A stretch of 64,000 nucleotides of DNA, taken from positions 1,240,001 to 1,304,000 of the forward strand of contig JBLDXI010000028.1 in NCBI GenBank assembly GCA_047495785.1, given 5' to 3'. The notes under the pieces are model-generated. The model saw nothing but the letters and a program-made list of their open reading frames with translations. It did not search any database and was not told the origin of the DNA. The stretch is from Lepidodermella squamata. Its lineage: Eukaryota; Animalia; Gastrotricha. Position numbers and translations under genes: made by a program. Of the stretch, positions 1 through 11,633 are shown piece after piece (the stretch's first letter is position 1; each line of letters starts with the position of its first letter).

Positions 1-1391
1 TCGAGTCCGAGTAGGTCTGGCGCACGCGGGCCAGCGTCGAACTGGCGACGGCCCACAGTTGTTCGTAGCGCTGCTGCAGGCCGTACTGCGCCCACAGCGA
101 GTCGAGGTAATGCCGGGCCGACGGCGGCAGCATCGCCGGCACGTCGGTGCGCAACTTGCGCGCCTTGTCGCCGGCCAGCTCCACTGCGTTGTGGTATTTG
201 TTCGCTAGCATGTCACGACCGGCTTTCACTGTCTCCGCTGGAGCAGTATACAGCTAGAATATAATAGAAATTTTAATGAAATTAATTAAAACATGAAATC
301 ATAAATTTAATTTCATTAGAAATATTTTTGGGCGAAATAATTCTTTGGGACTGGGCGCATACTATAAATTATAAATTTAACAGAAATTTAGAACTAAAAA
401 ATTTCCTAAGGAAGGATTTAGATCTTTAATTTCCTGAATTTGATGAATTCAAATAAAATTCTAAAATTTTCGAAATTTGGTTTAGCTGGTTAAGGTAGCC
501 CAATTTTCTAAAAAATCGCCATAGCATCGATTTGAATTAAAGCCGTTCAATAGATTCAAAATCTAAGGTAACAATCGATCAACAAATTTTTAGAGGGAAG
601 CATAGTTTCGATGGATAAGCCTAAAATCAGCAAATGATACAATAAGACCGCCTAAATTTTAGAGAAACTAGGCCATAAAAACTAAGACATGCCCAGCATG
701 TAAGCATTTAGGCCGATGAGATAATAATCGACCAATCTACAGTCAAGATAAAATTAGGATAATTTCTTTCATGCTTCATTCCAGCCAATTTCTAAATATT
801 TTTCAATTTAAAAAAAGAGAAAATGAAGTTTGAAAATTATACAAATGAATTTTTGAAGCTTGAAACTTGTTTAAAATAAAATAAAATTTTATAATAATTT
901 ACCTGGGACTTGGTTTGGACAGCACGGTGGCGGACGGTTTCAACAGCCTCATTGACGCGTTTTCGAGTTTCCTGGGTAAGTTCCTCCGGGGTCTTAGAGA
1001 CAACCGGGGCACAGTAATCAATCAGCTTCTTCACAACTCGCTCGTTTGCAAACTGATCAACCTTCTCAACTTGATTAAAGAAAAAGAAAAAACTCGATTA
1101 ACCAATTATTATTCCAAAAAATCATCGACCACCTACTTTGAGGTTGGTACTTTTGCAGAAGAGGAACAGCAATGGCCTGGGCCTTGGTAACATTGCTCTC
1201 GACGGTGGTCAACAGCGAGTCGGCCAGAGGGTACGAGGCCTTCACGTCCTTGTAGTACGAGTACAACTTGCTCGAAGTCGCGTTGACTAAAGGCAACGCG
1301 GTTAGAGACGACACAACCTAAAACGAAAACAACAACACGCCTAAAATAACCCAATAAACCAGGACGCGGTTCGCTTTACCTGTAGATCCAT
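1..1391 (-). CDS. Perilipin (PAT-domain) lipid droplet protein, 3' end beyond window start; exons 1391-1380, 1317-1137, 1069-903, 253-<1
   Basis: GT-AG spliced in-frame protein MDLQVVSSLTALPLVNATSSKLYSYYKDVKASYPLADSLLTTVESNVTKAQAIAVPLLQKYQPQIEKVDQFA, matching the PAT N-terminal pattern (VV.R/S..LPLV...Y...K...P....VE..V....P.L.K..PQI). Confidence 0.75.
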
Positions 1392-2197
1392 GCCAAAAAC
1401 AGCCGGTCAGCAGTGGTCTTTTTGTTATGGTAAGTAGATAAAAATTATATAAAAGCCGCTCTATATTAGGAGATGATGACAAGTTGATCAGAGGATGAAT
1501 AAAGGAAAAAAATTTAACAAGCTCTGTTCGAGCGAAAAAAAGCTCGAATGAATCGAACACGCGTCTCACAAAATCGCGCTACGGCACGCGACTCGTTTTG
1601 ATCAAAGCCAAATCGCAACGCGTAACAATGGAAAATCGGGAAAAAAATCGAAGCCAAATTTAACTCAAGCTATTGAGGTAAATGTTTGCCCGAAATTGAA
1701 AGCGAAGAAGTGACTACGTGGCATTTCCTAACTAAAGGCCCTATATATAAGCCGGTAGCCTTGAATCAGGGAGCAAGGGGCGAAGTCCAAAGGGCGAAGT
1801 GTCAAGTTTATTCACTCACTTTTACGGCCACACATTGAATAGCACATGTTTTCGTAATATTATTTGTATACAGATAACACAACACAGAACACGAGGGCCA
1901 AAGTACATAGCAGTATAAAGGAGGAAAAAACGTGCCGGTTAGCTTTTGCGCAATAACAAATAAAACCGGTTTACAAATGAAAACTGGGATTTTTCGAGGA
2001 AAAAAATATTTTTTAATTTCCATCATAAAAGTCATTTTCAATATTTAATTTGATTTTTTTTTAATTTACTTAGTAATTTCAAAAAAACCCCAATTTTCAC
2101 TTGATCGAGGTCATGCAGTAGCAGGTAAAATAAACGAGATAAAAAATGCGTTGTTTAGTAAACTTCGGACTTCGTGGTTGCGACTTATCATTACTGA

Positions 2198-5100
2198 TTA
2201 TTCAAACGTGGTTTCAGGGTCCGTTCCACTTGTAAACAACATGTGAAGCCGGCGTGAAGTTTCTGGACCGACCCGCCGGGTTCGTTCGAGAACTCCCGCG
2301 CCGCGGCGAATTTCGAGGTCAGCAACAAATGCAGGGCCTTCGGCGGTCGCGGCACAGTGCAGGCTCATCGGTGTTTGGTACCGCTGGGCGATGGCAGTGG
2401 CTACGTCGTTTGAAACCAGGGATAGCTGTTCGAGTTGGCGGACCCATAGTTCGTAGGGCTTCTCAGCTGGGTTGACTGTTGAGCCTGGGTCCATTACTAA
2501 CGCCGAGTCCCATTGCCTTTTTGCCGCTCTAAGAAGTAAATTAAGAGAAAATTCTCATTACTTTAGGTATAAAAAAATCAACGATGACGAAAATAAAGGA
2601 ATTAGGTTCACGGAGTACCGTATAAGAAAAAAATGCATTTCGGGTCTAGGAAATCAGGATTTTATTCAATTTGGTGGTTATTTTAATTTGTCTTATTTGT
2701 TAGTTTAGAATTTTCGAACAGGTAAGATATATCAGAAGTGGTTTGCGGCGTATGAAAAGCGCGATGATGTGTGAGAAATTAAGGTCAAGCTGAGGAACAT
2801 TGGCATTTCATGTCAACTTTTATGCAAATGAACGATTTTTCTCCAAGGTTAACGCGAAGTCGCCTTCTGATCAGAAATTTGGCCGTGCCAAGCGAATCAG
2901 AGACAAAGTTGTAGCCATCTTTAATAAAAACCGTCGACAGAAGCGTTTTCATATATTAAATTTCACCAGACAAATTTCGCTTGTTCTGTCGGCGTCTAAA
3001 CCAGCCTGGGTTGTAGACACGAGGGCGTAGCAACACGTTGATGGGGCGTTCTTCGTTCGCGGGTTTATCGCCGTCGGCCATCTACTCTTCCTCATCTCAA
3101 ATGGCTCATTGAGGAGAGTGTAAAGCCATGTCACTGGACTATATTGAGAAAATTTGCACTGTGGAAATGATAAGACGAGGAGGTCCGATTCAATTCGTAA
3201 CGAACACCGAACAAATTACGTTTGACCGAGCTGGCGTTAAAATAGATTGAAATTAAATTTTTAGTATGCAGCTATTCTTCCTATAAATATTGCTAATTTT
3301 TAGCGATATATGTAATTTTTCTACTCGCCATGTGTCCTCGGGCACGAAGTCATCTCATGCTCATCTTCTCTCTCTCTCTCAGTCAGTGATTCGGTTTTGG
3401 CTTGTGGAGTTTTCTCAGATGACAGTAAATCCATGTAACCCGTTACATTCTTGTTTTCTTAGGTGTTATTAGCAAGAAGTGTCCGCCAACCGTTACATTT
3501 GGCGCCGAGACTCCGGTTACTTACTCCGTTTTTCTCCCACCTGTAATACCGCTCATCGGCAGCCGATGGGTGTTCGAGTCAGTTCAAGTGCGAGCTCAAT
3601 GAAAAAGGTGAAATCATCAAGTTCAGTTATGCGCCAGTGATGCGTATGTCGTCGTTCCTCACGATCCTAGCCATTGTCCCTCTAAAGACATCGTCGTTTA
3701 TCAATTGGACGCTTTGTCCGCCTTCTTGAATGGGGAATTAAACGAGCCTGTTTTCTTGAAACCATTGGCATCGGCATCGTCTCCGATTATGTTCGTGACA
3801 AAAAAGATGGCAGTTTACGCCCAGGCCTGAACCGAGTAAGTTTCCGCTGCCATTGCCATGCCATTGCAATTACTCGATCGAATTGGCAAGGCGAAGGTTT
3901 TCACTCGTCTCGATTTGAAAAATGCTTACAACCTGTTACGAATCCGCGAAGGCGATGAGTGGAAGGCAGCCTTTCATTCGTGATACGGCCTGTTCAAGTA
4001 TCTGTTAATGCCCTTCGGATTTCAACATTTTAACTGCTTCAACCGGGCGCTCGAGGAGCTGATTTGGCGAAGTCCAGGTGGTCAGTCTCCGCTGCGATTT
4101 TTTCTTGAGAAGCTGCTTGGGGCCGGTCCCCTTCCTATTGGCCGGCTCTCCGGCATCAAGCGGTCGTAACGGTGCTGCTTTAGACATCAATGGTCCAATG
4201 TTGTGTTCGACTGGGCGGACTATTTCAGGGCTGTTAAGCCACGGGTGGCGGCGCGTTTCGAAGGCGGCCCGTGCGCGGCAGATAAGTATTTCGCACGGCG
4301 TTAGCGGTTCTTTGCTATCGAATGGGCTTCGCTATCGAAGCGACATCACTTACTACTTGAGGGCTGTTTATTGTCTCATGTACTATACGTTGTGGGATTA
4401 CCATCAGTCCAGTATATCTGTTTAGCCTGCGGGTTGTGGATATTGTTTCACACCGATATCCTAATTAACTAAACCAAGCATTCCTCGACACAAAACTTCA
4501 TTTTTTCCAACAATTCCAATAAATTATGGCCTGGTTTCAAAATTAAGGAGGCCCCTATACAGAAAAGCACTCAGCATTTTTTGTTTATTTTGTTGTGCAT
4601 TCGTCCTGCGTCCTAGTTTGAAGCCCTCAACCTTGTCGAGGACTCCGGGAGATCAATTATATGGGTGATTGATGAAAAAGTTAAGGGACCCGATTCAGGT
4701 GATGAGGAAACTTCGAAACTTAGTAGATTTATAGGATTTTTCCGATGAAATTGTAGCTTACTTTCCCGGTCGTTCGCACACGGCTTTGGTCATGGATCGA
4801 ACGAGAGCAGCCGCGTGGTCGGTTGTCGTTGAAAACATGAACGTGACTTGAGCTCCGACGGGCGGTTCCGCAAACTCCAAGCTCTCCATTGCCTAAAAGC
4901 GAAAAATAAACGCAATAATTGCCTGTAGATACGGTTAGCCAGGAAAAATAAGCACTCAATTATTCTATTACTCAAGAAGGAACATTCAGGCTCATTTTTT
5001 GGTATCAAGCAAGCTCGTTTTATTGGTTTCGAGACTCATGCATCTTGGACGAAATTTCTATGGAAAATCTGACCGTTTTTAGACAAAAGCTCAAATAAAC

Positions 5101-8100
5101 CAACATCTGTATACGAAAAATTCGATGTAACATGTAAAAGTCGACCAAAGTCAAGTCCAACAGTCTCCCGAAGGAATTTGGCAATGCCGAGAACGGGAAG
5201 TTTAGTAAAGGCTGTGACTGTTCGACTTGTCGCAATTGTTGAGTTTTTGAAAAGAGGTGGCTCGGTAGACTCGAGCAACGTTGTAAATATTTCTAATCTG
5301 TCTTTACCGTGACGCTAATTCCCCATTCTTGACGAAATTTGTTCGGCTGTTTGGCATGGGTAGCGATATGCTGTGCGGATTAAGGTAACCGAAAGTAAGA
5401 TTTGCCTTGTTGGCATATATGTATTTTTTTACCAGCCCAACTGGGTTTTCTCTTTCGTATCACGCATTATAGGTATTATTCTTAAATGGGCTGGAAGGGT
5501 CGCAAAACCCTGAAGGCAGTCGCACAAATGACCACCTCAATGCTCAATGTTCATTGCTCATTGCTTTTTGCCTAGTGCCTATTGCTCACAGTTTCTGGTT
5601 CTTCACCAAACACAGGTGCTCAATGCTCAAGTCATGAGTATTACCATTGCTCAACTCAAAGGTTCAAAAGTTGAGTAGTTGAGCGATCAAACTGACGATG
5701 GCTGGATCCAGTTGTGTTACGTCGGCGAAAATTAGCACTCGCCAAATGGGTCTGGGAGAGACGCCTGATCGCCGAGCTGCGAAACGATCAAAACCGTCGA
5801 TTTCGAACGAGCTGTCGCCCGTTTCGGCCAAAATAATGAAAGAGAAGAGAGAGATGGATAATAAGGAAGAAACCGCAGAAGATCTCTTCGCTCGCTCGCT
5901 GGCTGTTCAGCTCAAATAATTGCCTGCAACAGCACGAGCTAGGGCGGACATTGCGTTGAAACAGGTATTCATCGAGCAGAACAAACAAAGCTTACTGCCT
6001 CAACCGCCTGTCATGCAGTCCTATCCGGTAATCCAAGTCAAGAAAGACTGGCAATCTCAGTATCGAAATGGGCTGAATGGCTACAACCTCAACTATTGAT
6101 AATTTGTCATGATTTTTTCTCAAATTTCCCTGATTTTTCGAGCTCTATTGAAATTAGGTTAAATGCCCTAAGAGTGTTATTGGAAATGCATGAGCGTTGA
6201 TTCCGTTCATTATTTTTATAGTTCATTATATATGTCCGGAAGTTGACGACGATGCCGTGAACGACGCAAAGCTGGCTGCGTTCAGGTCCTACCTAGCAAA
6301 CCATACAATCGGTGGCGAGCATCCTCAAAACCTTCAAAAATGAAGCTGGGTTCACAGTTCGAAGATGCATGCGACAAGAAAGCCAGCCATTGATGAGTCC
6401 AGCTTTTCGGGATCCACTGCTTATTCCTCAGCTTCTTCCATGCGAACAACACAGAAATTGTTGGCCTCTGGTCAAAATCACAATCACGCACCCGATTACT
6501 ATCAAGCTGAATCGGCAATCGCATCAGCAATACAGGGCCGATTTAGCCCAAGAGAGACTTGGGTATATGCAGTTTTTGGATCAATCTGCCCATCAATTCT
6601 AACACCTAAGGTTTGCGATTGTTAGTTGGTGGTGAAGGCTTAAAACTAACCCAATCACCAGCTCATTTCACGGATTCATCGACAGGGCTTCGCTTTATTC
6701 GTCAATTCCCAGGAACAGAACACGGTATGGCGTCAGGTTCCACAAGGTTACTACAACGATTTCACGCCTACCGAAGAAGTTCAGCAAAAAATGTAAATGC
6801 AATTTAATGGGCACATTTTCGGGTTTTTATTTGTTAAATATATGGCGAGAAATTATTACTATTAGAACGATGATGACGAACTGGAAAATGATTAATTGCG
6901 TGCCGGCTCCGAAGGAATTTTCGAAGAGAAAAGAGAAGCCCCATCCCTTAAGTTCGATAGACGCTTCTCCAAAACCGACGCGGAGCTTTTCGAAGCTTTT
7001 CGAATACTTTTCTGGGAAAAGCCTTAATTTGCATAAATTGCACCATCTACTCTTTGATGTAAACGAAAGCTGTCGGTATCAATCGGTTCATGCCATTGTA
7101 AACTTTCTGAACTTCAACTCGATCAAGAAAAAAAATAGATCCGGGTGAATATCCTGCTTTTGCAAAAGCTATTTCCAGGTGGGCCTTGGCTAAAGCGAGC
7201 GTTCAAAAAGGTTTAGTGAACGAGATGATTACACTAGCTTAGTCATTCTGGCAATTCATTTCAATTTTCCAAAAGAGACCAAGTGATAAACATGCTAAAA
7301 CAGTCGGCGGTTGGATTTGATTGATTTAGCCGCTTGACAATGGGAAACTGGTTGACTTTGATGAATTGACGGAGGACCGTGATTTAAGCCGCAAATCAAA
7401 TCAAATTAAATGCTCTGGTTCTCACTCTGACACCTTGCACTCGAGATTAACAATTGGTCACTTCAGATATCGCAAATTCTCTCGACCTACTCTTCTTTTC
7501 CTACCATTTTAACCACGACAAACAAAATTTTCTAACTTGATAACCAGATATCCAAAATCAATTATAATACAAGAATTAGATATAATTTTATACAATTTCA
7601 AAATAAAGCAAAAATTTACAAACCATTTCGATATCTTCCAGCGATATTTCTTGGCTAGAAATCGAGCTCGACGACGCTTTTCCCTCCATTTTCTGTCGAA
7701 ACTGCCGTCGATTGTCAGTCAGCCGCTGCTTGAAATACTGCTCAGGGTCTGGCGTGATCACCACAATTCGCCTGAAATCCCTCGAAACAACGAGATTACG
7801 GCAAAATGACGCCAAATCTTCCGCCGAATTGCACAAATTGATAAAATCTTCAACCGGCAACATCACCCCTAATTCAGGCTGAATTTCTGCAATAAATTCA
7901 CTACCAGGAGCGGCGTATAAAACATCGCAAGATTCTTCATCATTCTCCAATACGGAAATCGGCTTGTGATATATCCACCGAAAAGCGTAAGGATGAGGCG
8001 GATTTTCCCACAGCGTGACGTTACAAGGGCATGGTAGAGACGCGTTTTTCTCGAAAGTCCCGCCATTCACCTCAAGAGCTCGAACTAACACGTCACTCAA

Positions 8101-8697
8101 ATCTGGAGGTTGGCATAAAGACTTGTCCAGTAAAGCCGTTCCTAATTGAATCTCGACATTCGCCACGTTATTCGGTAGTTTTTTCTTCGTAGCTTTCACC
8201 AGATTTTCATTACTAGGCGGTTCATCCTTCTTTTTGCGGCCTCGTTTCGCCTTTTCTTTAGGAGCTTCGATTTTTGAAATAGGTTCGTAAATTGGGTTTT
8301 CTTCAGGGAATGTCTCAGGAATATCAGGAAGATCCTCGTCGTTAGTCGCGGATTGGTAGTCGGAATAAGGTGGATCGTCATCGACTGTTATCGTTCTAAC
8401 GTTACAGCTCGTGAAATCTTCTTCATCTTCAAAATCATAATTTCGATTGATTGGCGGCGTTTCGCTTCTTTCAAACGGGTTTCCGTCCAAAGTTGACGCC
8501 GTTACCGAGCTATTTAGTTCAATCACGTCTTCTTCCCGCGCTGGGGGTGCGATTTCTTCTTCATCGATCTGCCCGTCGAGACACCGGTTGATAACTTCTT
8601 CAGCACTTCCGTACTTAACAAGCAACGCCCTCACCCGTTTCACGTCCAAATGCGGCAAAACGGCTAACACGTCAGAAATCCGCTCTTCCTCCGACAT
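2198..8697 (-). CDS. EME1: Crossover junction endonuclease subunit EME1 (MUS81 partner); exons 8697-7624, 4892-4762, 2528-2198
   Basis: Splice phases are compatible. Inactive ERCC4-like region, motif [16 protein letters not shown] (cf. TKAVAEAPFK), and C-terminal HhH2 [29 protein letters not shown]...[22 protein letters not shown]-terminal CUE-like helix bundle. Confidence 0.88.
3550..3765 (+). mobile_element. Ty1/Copia reverse transcriptase fragment (decayed, in EME1 intron 2)
   Basis: With frameshifts translates to [25 protein letters not shown] and [25 protein letters not shown]. Confidence 0.8.
3770..4022 (+). mobile_element. Ty3/Gypsy reverse transcriptase fragment (decayed, in EME1 intron 2)
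   Basis: [63 protein letters not shown]; has a stop and frameshifts. Confidence 0.85.
5698..6100 (+). pseudogene. BESS-motif (MADF/BESS type) fragment, probably a PIF/Harbinger accessory gene relic in EME1 intron 1
   Basis: [35 protein letters not shown] fits the BESS-type motif; in-frame TAA at 5917-5919; TGCTCA-rich repeats upstream (5535-5690). Confidence 0.5.
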
Positions 8698-9147
8698 TAA
8701 ATCGCTAGAAAATACGTAAAATCTTACTCTCAGGTCGATGATTTTGTTTTTATTCATTCAGCTGTTTCTCGTGTTTTAATTCTCAAATCAAGCAACAATA
8801 ATTTTACTGATGTATAGGTTCAACGCAATCCCACGCAACACAAAACCTGCGCTAGTGTTCGACAAAGCTTACATACCACCGGTTCGGCAGTGCTGGTTTT
8901 ACAGGTAAAATCTGCGAGGTTCTACGGGCTAGGAAATCAATTTACATGGATTGCATAACTTTCAATATTTCTCTTCGAAAGTTAGCATCATTTTATCAAA
9001 AGCTGAAAAATTAAACGTTTTCGCACAAATATTTTGCAGTGTATAAGCACAAAATACAGCGTTTCATACACACAAAGAGGTGGTACTTGTTTTGAAAGGA
9101 CAACCAGGTTATAAAGAAGAGTGAAGAATCCGAACAAGCCACGCGAT

Positions 9148-11174
9148 CTAAGAGCTGAGATCGGCCGGGCGAACTTCCTCGGGATATTCGTAGTACGAGG
9201 GCATCAAATTGTCGTATTCGGCGCGGTATTGACGGCTTCGAATGAAGGCCTCTTTGTTTTTCGGCTCGGGATAGTAGGTGGCCAAGTTCTCGCGGTACAT
9301 GAATTCGCAAAGATGAGTCGCAATTGTGATCGAAACTTCGCGAATATCTTCGAGAGGAGGATACACCATACCTCGATCAAGATCTTCTTGCGAAACCTAT
9401 AAAGTTCAAATGTATATAAAAGAAATTGCTGAAAAATCAATTTCTTACTTCGTTAGCCAACATATCACAAACTCGCAGGAAAACTGAATCGGGTAGGTGC
9501 TTAGCTTTCGTGGCAGTAGCAGCTAAGGCTATGGCAGGGAAAATGTATGCGTTATTGCCTTGACCCGGGTAGAAAACACGACCATCGGGCATTTCAACTG
9601 GGTTGAACGGGCTACCACTAGCGAAAACAACTCGGCCATCCGTGTATCGGTACGCCGCTTCGGCGGTACATTCAGCCTTAGCCGTCGGATTGCTGAGGGC
9701 GAAAACGATGGGTCGATCGTTGATTTCAGCCATATAACGTAAGACTTCCTCGCTGAAGGCATCTTTTTGGGCAGATGCACCCACCAAGACGGTTGGCTGC
9801 ACCATTTTCATAAGTTCCATAAGGTTCATACAAGGCGCTTGGTCTTTCACAAATTTGGAGAGAGCGGGTTTATAGTTTGTGTTTCCCGGCCGATTTTTGA
9901 CAACAAGGCCATCGATATCCATGAGATAGATGCGAGATGCAGCCTCTTTGGGAGAGACTCCGTCCTTCGCTACCATTTCCTGAGCCAGAAGTGTAGCGAT
10001 TCCCGTAGCCGCTTGACCAGCACCCATAAAAACGAAAGTATTTTCAGATATTTTCTTCTTTGAGACACGCATAGAGGCCAGAAGACCGGCAACGGCAACA
10101 GCGGCTGTGCCCTGAATATCATCATTAAAGGTCAAATACTTCTGACGGTAACGATCAAGGAACAAGAAGGCATTGTCTTGTCCGAAATCTTCGAACTGAA
10201 TCAAAACGTCAGGTCCCCAACGTCTAACGCACGCTTCCATAAACTCATCGACGAATTTAACATAACGGGATCCACGCTCGCGAGGCTGGCGAAGACCAAG
10301 ATATAATCGGTCATGCAAATAAGTCGGGTTGTTGGTTCCGACATCGAGACAAACTGGGAGGCACTTGTGAGGCTTGATGCCAGCGATAGCCGTGTACAGC
10401 GCTAATTTTCCGACCGGAATACCCATTCCACAAGCGCCAAGGTCTCCTAAGCCCAGAATTCTCTCGCCATCAGTGACGACAATGGCATGAACATCTCTCT
10501 CAGGCCAATTCGAAATGACTTCATACACGTGACCTATGTCGTTGATTGTGATATACAAGCCCCTAAACAGAACTTGACAAGTAAGTAATACAATTCAATA
10601 CATCCAATCTCACCTGGGTCGTTCAAAGATTAAACCATACTTCTGGCAGGCAAGGCCGACGGTAGGTGTGTAAATGATAGGCATCATTTCTTTAATGTAC
10701 TCGGTGATGACACGGAAGAAAAGACGCTGGATAACATTAATTGTAGCCAAATAAAAATAAGAAAAAAAATATCAACCTCATTGCGATCAAACAAGGACAT
10801 AGTATGCATAAATCGCTCCAAGTCATTGGAGCAGCGGCGAAGATTCAGAATGAACTTGCGAACCTGCTCTTCTTGTGTCATTACTCTTGGAGGTAACAAT
10901 CCATGAAAACCCTTGAGGTAATACATATTAGAACCTTAGGTATACCAACAAGATCAGAACAAATTACCATAGTCTGCCGTTCACGAAGCGAAAATGCCAA
11001 CCCTTGATTGAACTTGGGATCGCGCAAAATATCGATGCCACGAACCTTTAGATTATGAATCTGATCCCTATAGGGTGATCGGTCGCTCGCAGCAGCCTCG
11101 GCAGTCCGAAACGAGCGCTTGCTGAGCGCCAAGAAGAGGCGCGGTACCAAACTATTGATTGCAGTGTTGTTCAT
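9148..11174 (-). CDS. NAD(P)-dependent malic enzyme, mitochondrial type; exons 11174-10968, 10911-10777, 10726-10614, 10562-9449, 9396-9148
   Basis: Motifs [64 protein letters not shown]; Arg/Ser-rich N-terminal presequence. ME2 vs ME3 orthology cannot be resolved. Confidence 0.96.
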
Positions 11175-11379
11175 GTCACTTGATGGTCATAACGTTTGCA
11201 AATATATCCAGCGGAGGTGTTCTGCTGCGATTTGTACCGGAGGGCTTTTTTGATTGTCCAGCCGCCAAAAAATAAATGCCGGATTTTCCCGCATTTTCTG
11301 TCCTCTAATTTTCTTGCGATTCATACATATTCCTTCAAATATGTATTAAATAGCTTGTGCAATATTTTGTATTTTTGTT

Positions 11380-11392
11380 GTTGCGTGGCAAC
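11380..11392. promoter_or_regulatory. RFX X-box-like element in the divergent malic enzyme/ERICH3 promoter
   Basis: GTTGCGTGGCAAC near-palindrome ~240 bp upstream of the ERICH3 ATG; ERICH3 is cilia-associated. Confidence 0.5.
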
Positions 11393-11633
11393 GGCGTTAA
11401 ACTTTGCGGGTTGCCACTTCCGCTGACAAACAGGATGTGCCAATTGGTTTATACATGCATTACTCATAACGCTTGGAAAGTTATCCGTAGGTGCGATTAA
11501 TGCCATTTCAACTTTCGAATGCCTTAGTTCAGCTTCAGTATCTGATGTGATTTGCGCATAATTGAACCTTGAGTTCCCTTGATGTTAAAGTTTTTTAACT
11601 TTTAACTTTAGCGTCTATTGAATTGTGAAGAGA

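Noticed and set aside
5020-5420. Possible Tc1 transposase N-terminal trace on the minus strand
   Set aside because: Only a vague helix-turn-helix resemblance; no DDE motifs or TIRs.
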